This document shows, piece by piece, positions 9,720-19,015 of a DNA stretch of 64,000 bases. Each line of letters opens with the position of its first letter. Positions within the stretch are counted from its first letter, which is position 1. The notes under the pieces are model-generated. The model searched no databases. It was not told the DNA's origin and saw only the letters and a program-made list of their open reading frames with translations. The stretch comes from Methanotrichaceae archaeon (lineage in GTDB: Archaea > Halobacteriota > Methanosarcinia > Methanotrichales > Methanotrichaceae). Made by a program: the position numbers and the translations under genes. Location: the NCBI GenBank assembly GCA_963748825.1, contig CAVVKN010000002.1, positions 167,366-231,365 of the forward strand. The letters are read 5' to 3'.

Positions 9720-9973
9720 CTTGATGACGAAGCTCGCAGAACTATTAATCTGATAAGCAGGCTGAACGATACAAATGTAGGCGTCCAGGAAAATGCTGCT
9801 CTTGCTTTAGAAGAATTATAAAAGATGACATAAAATATTGCAGATATTCTTGGAAGATGCCTCGAGGTTCGAGGTCCTACATGGAAAAAAGATTTAAGTA
9901 ATCATTAATCCATTACAACTATTATTCGCTTAGAAAATGCCCAAGATCAGAGCTGTCCGGACATGGTGAGGGA

Positions 9974-12900
9974 ATGAAAATGGACCTAAAATATATCTGC
10001 TTAATTCTTTGCATTCTAGTATTGCCTGCCGCAGGACAAAATTCCAACCAGGGAGAAGCCTCCCAGGCCCCTCCCGCCTGGATAGAGGACATCGATCCTG
10101 CCGACTACATGCTCCTGGCCAGCGATCTGAAATCACCTTTCCAGATGGATGGCGATATCAGTGCCAAAGCCGAGGCCCAGGAGCTTACGCTTACCACAGA
10201 GAAGGGCATAGGTGTGCAGAAGGTGCATACATTTACTGCCCGACAGAAGATAGCCACCAGTCAGGAAGGCTGCCCCACTACTACCATCGACATCGTGGTA
10301 GAGGTATTTGAGAGCCCGGAAATGGCGGCATCCGCCCGGCCTATTTCCGGAGGTGCAACAAAAGGAGAAAAGGAAAAGGAATGGTGGGATCCCTCCGCCT
10401 TTTCCGACTCCCGCCTGGACAGGAGTGAAGGTGAGGCCAACGCCCGGTTTGCCAATGTCGAGTGGATGGTCTTCGTCAACAACGAGGGAAAATGGAAGGA
10501 GGGGGCAGCCATCCAGGAGCTACAGATCCGCTACAAGAATATCGTGGCCGGCTTTTATCCCACCATGTACACAGGAGCCTCTGCTACAGGATTTGGCGAC
10601 TATAGCCCGGGCGATGCCTGCGACCTGACGGTCCAGCTTGCCCGGCTGTGGCTGGACAAGGTCTCAGGTTTAGAGCCACCCAAACAGGCGAACCTGCAAA
10701 TAGGCCCAAAGAATATCTTCCTCACCGATTATAAGGACAACACCGTTCTTCCCCTCGAAGATGCAGCCGACAAGCAGCAAGTAGTCGTCAGGATCGACAA
10801 CATTGGAGAGACCGCCGCCAAGAATGTGCATTTGCAGCTCTACGTCCTGCCTTCCGGCGGAAAAGACTATCAGGCCATCGGCGATCCGGCCTTGGTCGGA
10901 GACATCGCCCCTGGAGGGAAGACTACAGGTACAGCAGTCTGGGATCTGAGGGGCGAAAACATAGAGGATGCCACTTTGCTCGCCCAGGCATTTATTCCCG
11001 GTGAGAACGACAGCTATGAGGAGGACAACTCTGCCGCGATCAAAGTCAACATCTACTTTGCCAAAAATGCAGAGAGAGCTTACAATCCGGCCCAGGACGG
11101 CTATAGCTTTGAAAATTTTAATCTCACCGAAATAGAGACCGACGAGCTGGTGGAAGGGATGCTGACCTCCGTCATTGGCAACCTGCAGCCAGAGCAAATC
11201 AACGAAATCTTCCGGGCCATGCAGGTTCGCAAAGCTATATCCACCAGCATGGGCGCGGTTACGGGAGTAAGCGGCGGCCTTTCCAGCGAACAGGCCCTTC
11301 TGGAGCGGACAATATTCGCTCCCACCTACATCCTAATCGACAACTATCTAAACAAGATGATGAAAGCCGGCTCCGGCGGCCACTGCTATGGCATGTCTGC
11401 CACTTCCGCCCTCTATTTCCTGGATCCGGACAGAAAACCTCTGAACAAGCCGGTCAGCGAGATGACAAGAAAAGAGGCTTCTCCCAGCATCAGTGCCTAT
11501 GTGCGAACCTGGTACTTGCCCCTTTATGCCGCGCTGCAAACCGATGCCTGGTCCCCCAAGCTCAATCAAGGCGTCTTGGCCACCCATCAGGCACTGAAAA
11601 ACTCACTGAAAAACGACAGAAAACCGCTCGTAATTGAGTTCTATGGAACAAAAAATGGAAATGCAACCGGCCATGCCGTCCTGGGCTACAAACTGATTGA
11701 GGTTGAGGGTGAAGATCCCACCGTTTATGTCTACGACCCTAACTTTCCGGCTTCATCCGTTCAGCCCCCTCGCCCCATGCCCCAAATATACTTAATAATC
11801 AATAATAAAAATTGGGGCAACCCCGAATTCATGGGCTACAATTGGGCCACACCTAACAGAATCAGTGCCGCTGAGGCCCACGGCGAGATTGACCTGAACG
11901 AGGCAAGTGCCCTAGTCCCCGGCTTAAAGAAAGGCATTTCCGAGCTAGCCGGTGTCCTGCATGGCCTCAAGAAAGCCCTGATAGTGGTGCGCTGCCCAGC
12001 CGATGCCCTGTTTTCCGACTCAGAAGGAAGGAAAACAGGAATTGAAAACGGCCGGATGATCAACGAAATCCCAGGAGCAGAGGTGCTGGCATCCGGCGAG
12101 GTGGAGACCTACCGGCTCCCCCTGGATAAAAACTACCAGCTCACCATCAGCGGTACTGGTTCCGGGGAGATGGACCTTGATGTCATCACCGCCCAAAACG
12201 AGACAGGTCTATCCCTCATCTCCTTCCAGAAGATCTCCATAAACAGCGGCATCAAGGTGACTGGCGAGCTGCAAACAGGTGCGGTTATTGTCTCTCTGCA
12301 ATCCGGCTCAAAGGAAATCTCCTCCACACTTGAGGGCTCAATTGATGCAGGCACCTCTGGGCCGTCTACATTGTCCCAGGAGAGAAAGGAGATGGGATCT
12401 GCGGCTGAGGATGAGAAATCCGGGACTCTGGATCCGGTAGAAAACGCGATCAAAGAGCTTCAGGATCCGGATGTCAGCATTCGCAGGAAAGCTGCAGTAG
12501 CTCTTTTCGATCTGAACGATACACGGGCGGTTGAGCCTCTGATAGAAGCCCTCTCCGATTCGGATGCTGAAGTTAGGGCCAATGCCGCCATCTCCCTGGG
12601 AGTTCACCTCAAAGACCCTAGTGCATTAGAGCCGCTGATCAAAGGATTGGCGGATAAAGAGAGCATGGTCAGATCGAGCAGCGCCTATGCTCTTGGCGAA
12701 TTAGGAGACGACAGGGCGGTCGATGCTTTAAACGAGGCCCAGGGCGATGAGGATGAAACGGTCAGAGAAGAAGCGGCAGCAGCTTTAGAGAAGCTTGGCA
12801 AAAAGGAGATCTTCATTGCAGAGGATGACGGGGGTGAAGAGTCCAAAGCGGATTTCAATGCAGGAAAATCTGGCAAATCACAAGAAGCCAGCTCTTCCAT

Positions 12901-14548
12901 CTCCATGTTCTCCGCCCGGAAAATAGACGGGCAAACGGGAGGAACAGCGAGCCCGGATGGCACCAAAATTGCCTATTCGCAGAGAATAGATTCTGATGAG
13001 CGCTATGTGGTTGCCGGACTGCAAGGAAGGATCAACGGATCGTTATACCAGAATGTCCGAGACTTCATCTTCAGCACCGATGGCCGGCATTATGCTTATA
13101 AGGCACTGGTGGGCGACAAGCGGATAGCTGTGGTGGATGGCACAGAGGGGCAAAAGTATGACGAGATCTACAAAATCGTCTTCAGCCAGGATGGCGGGCG
13201 CTATGCCTACATGGCAGATAAAGGCGACCAAGTGGTAGTAGTGGTAAATGGAAAGGAAGAGGGGCCCTATGATAGCACATCAGATGATCCGATAATCAGC
13301 TCTTCCGGGCAGCATGTGCTCTACACCATAGTCAAGGAAGGCACAAACTACGTAGTTGTAGACGGAGAAATTCGGGTGCAGATTGGGTACTCCCCGGTCG
13401 TCAGCCCCGAAGGCAGTCGGTGGGCTTACAGTCGCAGTGCCAGCTATGCCGGAGATCCATGCTACATCGTCCTGGACGGAGAGGTCATAAATCTGGGCAA
13501 AGACAATCGCGTAAGCCAAATGTTCTTCAGCCCGGATGGCAAAAGATTCGCATACGACCTGGTCCCCGGCGCCGGAGCATATGGAGACCATGTTGTGGTG
13601 GTAGACGCTGTTCGTGGCAATGAGTATCCATTCCCAGGGGTGGGAAAGATCGTCTTCAGCTCTGATGGCAGAAGAACTGCTTATTGGGCCAAAGCGCAAG
13701 ATGAGGGATTCACAATGGTGCTGGACGGAGTTGAAGGCAGGATTTATGATGAGATCAACGATCCCCTATTCAGCCCGGATGGTGATCATGTGGCTTACAC
13801 AGCCAAAGACAAAGATGGCAAGTTTGTGGTCCTTGATGGAAAGGAGGGCACCAGGTATAGAGATGTATGGGGCCTGACTTTCGGCATAGGTGGCCGTTTG
13901 GCTTACGTGGCCAAAGACAACCGGGAGGGAGTTGAGGTCCAATTTGTCGTAGTCGATGGCCACGAGGATCGGCCCTATCTATATGATTGGTATGGCCAGG
14001 GGATCAGATCCGGCCCGGTCTTCAGCCCGGACGGAACGCATGTAGTCTTTATTGCCAACGAGGGGGGCAAAGCCGAGTTCTTGGCAATTGATGATAGCCG
14101 GCACCTAAATCCCTGGACATTCCTCGGCGGTCTCTCCTGGAGAGAAGGCTCGCCAATAATCTTTGATTCTGCAGAGGAATTCCACTATCTCGCGGAAAAC
14201 GACTCAGGAGCCTATCTGATAACTGCGAAGATCCCTGACGTCCTCCCATCGTCTGATCAATGCGCATGGGCAGGGATCTGGGATACTAGCTTCGGGCTGC
14301 TGGACCTGCAAGAGAAGGGTGATGCGGTTGAAGGCGTCTACACCACTGATTGGGGCGTTGTCAGAGGCAGAGCAGAAGGAGATCGACTGACAGGCAAATG
14401 GTTTGACGCTCCAACCAGATCCGAGCCCAACGATGCCGGAGACTTTGAGTTCGTACTCTCCGAGGACTGCCAAAACTTCAGCGGCAACTGGAGGTATGGC
14501 TCCGCCGAGGGCTGGTCGGGAGAGTGGACCGGAACGAGGGTGATCTAG
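9974..14548 (+). CDS. 1524-aa secreted multidomain protein: CARDB-like, putative papain-fold Cys peptidase, HEAT repeats, PD40/TolB-like propeller, C-terminal Trp-rich beta domain
   Basis: Signal peptide; VRIDNIG..ESYEEDN-type CARDB pattern; GHCYGM / GHAVLGY / VYDPN; LIEALSDSDAEVRANAA repeats; repeated FSPDG. Confidence 0.85.
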   Translation: MKMDLKYICLILCILVLPAAGQNSNQGEASQAPPAWIEDIDPADYMLLASDLKSPFQMDGDISAKAEAQELTLTTEKGIGVQKVHTFTARQKIATSQEGCPTTTIDIVVEVFESPEMAASARPISGGATKGEKEKEWWDPSAFSDSRLDRSEGEANARFANVEWMVFVNNEGKWKEGAAIQELQIRYKNIVAGFYPTMYTGASATGFGDYSPGDACDLTVQLARLWLDKVSGLEPPKQANLQIGPKNIFLTDYKDNTVLPLEDAADKQQVVVRIDNIGETAAKNVHLQLYVLPSGGKDYQAIGDPALVGDIAPGGKTTGTAVWDLRGENIEDATLLAQAFIPGENDSYEEDNSAAIKVNIYFAKNAERAYNPAQDGYSFENFNLTEIETDELVEGMLTSVIGNLQPEQINEIFRAMQVRKAISTSMGAVTGVSGGLSSEQALLERTIFAPTYILIDNYLNKMMKAGSGGHCYGMSATSALYFLDPDRKPLNKPVSEMTRKEASPSISAYVRTWYLPLYAALQTDAWSPKLNQGVLATHQALKNSLKNDRKPLVIEFYGTKNGNATGHAVLGYKLIEVEGEDPTVYVYDPNFPASSVQPPRPMPQIYLIINNKNWGNPEFMGYNWATPNRISAAEAHGEIDLNEASALVPGLKKGISELAGVLHGLKKALIVVRCPADALFSDSEGRKTGIENGRMINEIPGAEVLASGEVETYRLPLDKNYQLTISGTGSGEMDLDVITAQNETGLSLISFQKISINSGIKVTGELQTGAVIVSLQSGSKEISSTLEGSIDAGTSGPSTLSQERKEMGSAAEDEKSGTLDPVENAIKELQDPDVSIRRKAAVALFDLNDTRAVEPLIEALSDSDAEVRANAAISLGVHLKDPSALEPLIKGLADKESMVRSSSAYALGELGDDRAVDALNEAQGDEDETVREEAAAALEKLGKKEIFIAEDDGGEESKADFNAGKSGKSQEASSSISMFSARKIDGQTGGTASPDGTKIAYSQRIDSDERYVVAGLQGRINGSLYQNVRDFIFSTDGRHYAYKALVGDKRIAVVDGTEGQKYDEIYKIVFSQDGGRYAYMADKGDQVVVVVNGKEEGPYDSTSDDPIISSSGQHVLYTIVKEGTNYVVVDGEIRVQIGYSPVVSPEGSRWAYSRSASYAGDPCYIVLDGEVINLGKDNRVSQMFFSPDGKRFAYDLVPGAGAYGDHVVVVDAVRGNEYPFPGVGKIVFSSDGRRTAYWAKAQDEGFTMVLDGVEGRIYDEINDPLFSPDGDHVAYTAKDKDGKFVVLDGKEGTRYRDVWGLTFGIGGRLAYVAKDNREGVEVQFVVVDGHEDRPYLYDWYGQGIRSGPVFSPDGTHVVFIANEGGKAEFLAIDDSRHLNPWTFLGGLSWREGSPIIFDSAEEFHYLAENDSGAYLITAKIPDVLPSSDQCAWAGIWDTSFGLLDLQEKGDAVEGVYTTDWGVVRGRAEGDRLTGKWFDAPTRSEPNDAGDFEFVLSEDCQNFSGNWRYGSAEGWSGEWTGTRVI

Positions 14549-14601
14549 GATAAGCTGGGTGGAGGTGGAGAGAAGGCAGGATGATTATGATCGAATAGAG
14601 A

Positions 14602-15345
14602 TCAAATTACCACGCTCATCATATCCCAGCCCACGATGGTCGGCGCTCCGGACAGCTCGATCACCTGCTCGGCCATCTCATCCTCGCACCCCTGTGCCTG
14701 CGGGTAGAGGTGCGTGAGAACAATGCGCTTGACGCCCTGGTTTTTGATCATGCTGCCCAGTTTTTTAGGCGTGCTGTGGTTGGTGACATCAAAGGGCTCA
14801 GGAAATGAGCATTCATGAATGAGCAGGTCGGCTCCATGTGCCAGAGCAGCCACGCGCGGGCAGGGCTCGGTGTCTCCGGAGTAGACCACTACCTTTTCAT
14901 CTGCCTCCAGGCGGTAAGCGAGAGCCGTCACACTGTGGCGCGCCTCTTCGGCAAAGATGTCAAAGCCCTTCAGGGTGAAAGAATCCATGGGCAAAAGCTC
15001 TCGCACCGCCACAGCCATCTTCTCCAGGTTGGGGTAGACGCTCTTTGCGATCTCAAAAAAGACCTCTGTGCCCTGCGGCCCGAAGACCTGCAGGCCTGGC
15101 ATATCTGCCAGATAGCGGGCATTGGCCAGGGCAAGCAGATCTGAGACGTGGTCCAAATGAAGGTGCGTAAGCACCACAGTGTCCAACGCCGCCAGGTCGG
15201 CTCCCACCTCGTCCAGACGCAGGAGAGTGCCTGCCCCGCAGTCCAGGAGCAGATTCTGATCGTTCTCCACCAATACCGCCGCCTGGGAGCGGCCGGGCTG
15301 GGGGATGCCTACGCCCGTTCCTAGCATTGTGACCTTCAGGCTCAT
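14602..15345 (-). CDS. MBL-fold metallo-hydrolase (RNase Z-like)
   Basis: LGTG, LLDCGAG, THLHLDH, YSGDT, LIHECS, LTHLY motifs. Confidence 0.92.
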   Translation of the reverse strand: MSLKVTMLGTGVGIPQPGRSQAAVLVENDQNLLLDCGAGTLLRLDEVGADLAALDTVVLTHLHLDHVSDLLALANARYLADMPGLQVFGPQGTEVFFEIAKSVYPNLEKMAVAVRELLPMDSFTLKGFDIFAEEARHSVTALAYRLEADEKVVVYSGDTEPCPRVAALAHGADLLIHECSFPEPFDVTNHSTPKKLGSMIKNQGVKRIVLTHLYPQAQGCEDEMAEQVIELSGAPTIVGWDMMSVVI

Positions 15346-15483
15346 GCAGTCCTCATTGGCAGCCAATAGTAAATAATGATATTCATATTCTACAATGAAT
15401 AATTATAGAAAAATTTAGATCCTTTATCCTTTCTCCAATTTAGGAGCTAAAGGACATTTTTATCTCTTAAGAATATTTCAAAA

Positions 15484-15732
15484 TCAAAGGCTTGGCTTAT
15501 AGCCTCGCGGTTCATCCACGATCTCGATAGTGGCAATGGCGTGCTTGAAGACCAATATCTCGCCCTTAGCGGTCAAGAGAAGAATCTCATACGAGTTGAA
15601 CGAGTCAATAGTTCCAGTGACCGGCTGGCCCCCTGAGAGCAGACGAATCACGACTTTCTTGCCTTTGAATTTGGGAATAAACTGGGGCAATGATTGTCTT
15701 GTAGTGGGCTTTTCATCTTCTGGCATTTCCAT
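15484..15732 (-). CDS. hfq: Hfq-like Sm-fold RNA-binding protein
   Basis: GKKVVIRL..G...G.I...NSYEILL and the Hfq-type Sm2 signature VFKHAI. Confidence 0.85.
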   Translation of the reverse strand: MEMPEDEKPTTRQSLPQFIPKFKGKKVVIRLLSGGQPVTGTIDSFNSYEILLLTAKGEILVFKHAIATIEIVDEPRGYKPSL

Positions 15733-15850
15733 CCATCAATCTTAAGCAGTCTCTACTTATTAACTTGCCCCTTCTCTCAGAAGAAAAAATTGAAACCAAA
15801 AAGAAAGGCCGAATGGCTCTTGCCATCCTTGCCTTTGCCCCTCTTCGCCC

Positions 15851-16402
15851 CTAACCCTGGCAGGTTACACTAAAGGTCAGGCCATTATTTCTCTCATTGG
15901 TCTCCGGTATTTGATTATCCGGATCTGCCGTCACAGTGATCTCGTTTGTACGGCTGCCCCCAGCCGGCGAATTCGCACTGGAGAAGCCGATGGTCTCATG
16001 CAGTGAGCCCCCCGTGGCCGGCATGAGAAGAACCAGTTCAGCAACTGCGGTGGGCGTGCCCTGGCGGTTTTCCAGTACTCTTACCTTTACCGGCTGATAT
16101 CCGGTGGAGCCGCTGGGAGATGCAGTCAATGTCAACAGGAATGAGACTTGATTGCAGGCGGTATTGTTCTGATCTGCGGATATTGACAAGTCGGAGACGG
16201 CTTGATTATTGAAAGGCTCGGAGATCATGATCGAGGACGCGGACTGCTGGCCTTGGCCTTTCATGCTCTGATCATCGGTTCTGGGAAGCTTGCTCCCCAA
16301 AAAGGGGCTGTCCCGGTTCATCTGAGAGTCTGCCACCGAGGCCAGTAATAAGAAGATGCCGAGAAGCGCAACTAATTTCGAGGTATTATTCCATACTTTC
16401 AT
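15851..16402 (-). CDS. Secreted protein with CARDB-like domain
   Basis: Signal peptide MKVWNNTSKLVALLGIFLLLASVA; C-terminal VTADPDNQIPETNERNN. Confidence 0.8.
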   Translation of the reverse strand: MKVWNNTSKLVALLGIFLLLASVADSQMNRDSPFLGSKLPRTDDQSMKGQGQQSASSIMISEPFNNQAVSDLSISADQNNTACNQVSFLLTLTASPSGSTGYQPVKVRVLENRQGTPTAVAELVLLMPATGGSLHETIGFSSANSPAGGSRTNEITVTADPDNQIPETNERNNGLTFSVTCQG

Positions 16403-16452
16403 GATAATAAAGAACGGAAAATATGGATATAACCATTTTGGGCCGGAACCAA

Positions 16453-17157
16453 TCACCGGACCTCATAGCGCAGCCAAATTACTTCGCCCTTGAGTCTCTC
16501 CATCTGCATGAGCTTGAGTGAGATCACGCCCCCTGGCCCAGTCACCTGATCTGCAGTAGCAGTAGTAGCAGCAATGGCCAGCAGGTCGGGAGCGCGAAAG
16601 ATGCTGCTCTGCTTTTCTCCTCCCACCAGGCTGGGATAGATGAGAAGGCTCACTTCGTTTACCAGGCCCTGGCGCAGGAGCTGGCCGTTTAAGGTGCCTC
16701 CTGCGTCCACGCGTACGACCTTCACACCAAAGCGCGAGTTCAGCTCCTCCAAAGCCACACGCAGATCCACGTGATCCTGGCCCGCGATGATATAATCGAT
16801 GTGCCTCTCTTTGAGATAATGCAGATACTCCTGGGGCGTGGACTCTGAGCACAGGGCCACTACGTCGCGCCAGTAGGGCAGGGATCGCAGATAATGCCAG
16901 GTGCGTATGCGCCCGCGGCTGTCGGGAATGGCCAGCAAGGCACGACTGTCGCCCGGATCAGTCTTAGGCGGGAGAAAAGCGCTCTCATCCTCGGGAGGCG
17001 CTTCGCTTGCGGCCTTCAGAAAGGTATCGGAGCCGGCAAGTGTTGCATCCTCTTTCCAGGAGGCTGCCAGCTCATAATATTGGAACAGATCTAAGGGAAA
17101 GCCGTCTATTCTTCCATCCAGGCTGACGGCGTTATGCAGAATTACTTTGGGCAGCAT
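16453..17157 (-). CDS. RibD C-terminal / dihydrofolate reductase family oxidoreductase
   Basis: PKVILHNAVSLDGRI, DSRGR, VDAGGTLN, YPSLVGG. Confidence 0.9.
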   Translation of the reverse strand: MLPKVILHNAVSLDGRIDGFPLDLFQYYELAASWKEDATLAGSDTFLKAASEAPPEDESAFLPPKTDPGDSRALLAIPDSRGRIRTWHYLRSLPYWRDVVALCSESTPQEYLHYLKERHIDYIIAGQDHVDLRVALEELNSRFGVKVVRVDAGGTLNGQLLRQGLVNEVSLLIYPSLVGGEKQSSIFRAPDLLAIAATTATADQVTGPGGVISLKLMQMERLKGEVIWLRYEVR

Positions 17158-17255
17158 GAATCGACCTCTTTTACTCTTTGATTTGATCTCTTTTTTGGCC
17201 CGTCCCATTTCCAGTGGCTAATTCCAGGGTTACTATTGACTTCTCAGATGTAATA

Positions 17256-17712
17256 GAATCTCTGTGCGCGCTGTGACTGCATGATTTTATTATCAAGAGG
17301 CGATTATTAACCGCAGAGACGCAGAGTTCGCAGAGACGTGCAAACGTCCTTTGATTTCCATTCGTCAACCTGAAAAGCCTGGAAAATTGAATCAGGGATT
17401 AATCGTAGTTCTCCGTCCGTCGTCCTCTGCGCGCTCTGCGACTCTGCGGTTTATTGCCCGTAAATTCCAGGGTTTAAATATTCAGTTACAAATATTAACC
17501 CCCGAGGCACAGAGTTTACAGAGACTCGCAAACTTCTTTGTCTCCAGTCCACTAAACTTGAAAAGCCTGGAAAATTGGTTCCGTGGTAATCGTGGTTCTC
17601 CGTTCGTTCGTCCTCCGTGCGCTCTGTGACTCTGTGGTTTTTCTCCGCAACCACCAGGATTTAATTATCACGCTACGATTATTTACCGCAGAGGCACAGA
17701 GTTCACAGAGAA
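17256..17712. repeat. Tandem array (~188-bp period) of alternating inverted CAGAG-type motifs, BIME/REP-like
   Basis: Motif ACCGCAGAG-RCRCAGAG-TTYRCAGAGA at 17310, 17498 (degenerate) and 17685; inverted variant CTCYGYGCGCTCTGYGACTCTGYGGTT near 17425 and 17613; shared linker TGAAAAGCCTGGAAAATTG. Confidence 0.9.
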
Positions 17713-17758
17713 CTCGATCATTGCATTACCCACTTAATTGCACCGAGAAGCCTCTTTT

Positions 17759-18019
17759 TCAAGGTTTTTTCAGCCATCCTGAAAGTCGGTTTCGCCAATC
17801 GACTTTTCGATACTTTGCTATCGCCTCTCGCCCCAGGATGATGACCGCCAGCCAGAAGGATCCCTCTCCAAAAATGACCAGCAAGGTAGACAATGCTATC
17901 TTGCTCTCCGTGGAGAAAGAGGAGAGCGGCACGAGCAAGAGGCATCCGTAAAAGGCAAAGGAGGCCACGACTAGTGCTATGCCCAGACATCTCTTCAGGC
18001 TTTGAATATCTCGTTTCAT
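17759..18019 (-). CDS. Small two-helix membrane protein (transporter-suffix-domain-like)
   Basis: LGIALVVASFAFY...GEGSFWLAVIILGRE with basic tail. Confidence 0.7.
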   Translation of the reverse strand: MKRDIQSLKRCLGIALVVASFAFYGCLLLVPLSSFSTESKIALSTLLVIFGEGSFWLAVIILGREAIAKYRKVDWRNRLSGWLKKP

Positions 18020-18107
18020 CTCTACTCCCGGAATCATTCTCAGAGAATATAACAAGAATCTATTGAGGGAAAGTTTTTTTGCATTATCAAACATCTATCG
18101 TTGTATT

Positions 18108-18516
18108 ATGAAGATGATGGCGATGATCGTCCTGTTTCTGCTCACACTAACCGCATCCTCCCTTCCAGAGGAGGCTATGGGAGTTGTGACAAGGATAATA
18201 GACGGTGCGACCTTTGAGGTCAGCGAGCTTGGGTTGCGTCCGCCTGGCGGATGTGGTGAGCGTTAGCGCTAATTCCCAGGCTGGTTTGGATGCCAGAGAG
18301 TTCACCCGCGATAGCCTGATGGGCACGCAGGTCTTCCTGGACATCGATAACAAAACAGGCCAGGACAAAGGCGGGTGCTGGATGTGCGTGGTTTACAAGG
18401 CCAATGCCAACGGAACTGCCAATTTGAAAAAGAACTTCAATAAGATGTATGTGAATGCCGGGTACGGCATGCTGAAAGACGATCCCCAGACGGAGTTTGA
18501 CCCATTGAGCTGGTAA
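18108..18516 (+). pseudogene. Secreted thermonuclease (SNase) family protein, frameshifted
   Basis: Signal peptide + VTRIIDGATFEV continues as CVRLADV...VFLDID...CVVY in another frame; extra G in GGG 18231-18233. Confidence 0.75.
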
Positions 18517-19015
18517 TTGGAAAATGTTTGGCGATGCACATGGAAATCGAGCTTCCACCCGGCAGTCTCCCTGCTCCCCGAGACCAACGGCATCCTGATC
18601 GCCCCAGCGGATGCGCTGGCCGGTGCCATGAGCGGCCACATCGACTCTCAGCACAAGACGTACGCGCCAAGATTCGCGAGTTGTTCATAGTACCGTATAC
18701 AACTTCCCAAAACGGGCCTGAATACTCTTCGGCATAATTACTTGTTCACATAGTCTTAGTAAATCTTGGATTACAATCAGCCGATCGCGATTAGTCGGTA
18801 TCAGTGATAGCAACAAGTAAGTCTACAATCCGCCGCGCACCATCAGAGGGGGGTTTGAGTCGGAAAGTATCCTTATAATAATATCTTGCAGTTTAATGCG
18901 TATCGAAAAAAAGTGGTGGATTACAGGTTACACACGCTTGGTAAAGAATGCATCGGCATTAGAGTAAGCACCTTGATCCAAAAATTTTAAAAAGTTAAAA
19001 TGGCAAGTCTTCTCC

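Noticed and set aside
17256-17712. CRISPR array
   Set aside because: Motifs alternate in orientation, are degenerate, and the linkers are conserved rather than unique; no cas genes in the window.
17351-17951. ORFs with repeated TAEAQSSQR-like peptides
   Set aside because: They are translations of the CAGAG DNA repeat, without RBS or coding support.
18520-19010. Gene or IS fragment between the SNase relic and the Cys-rich gene
   Set aside because: Short ORFs in several frames with no recognisable motif, terminal repeats or transposase signature.
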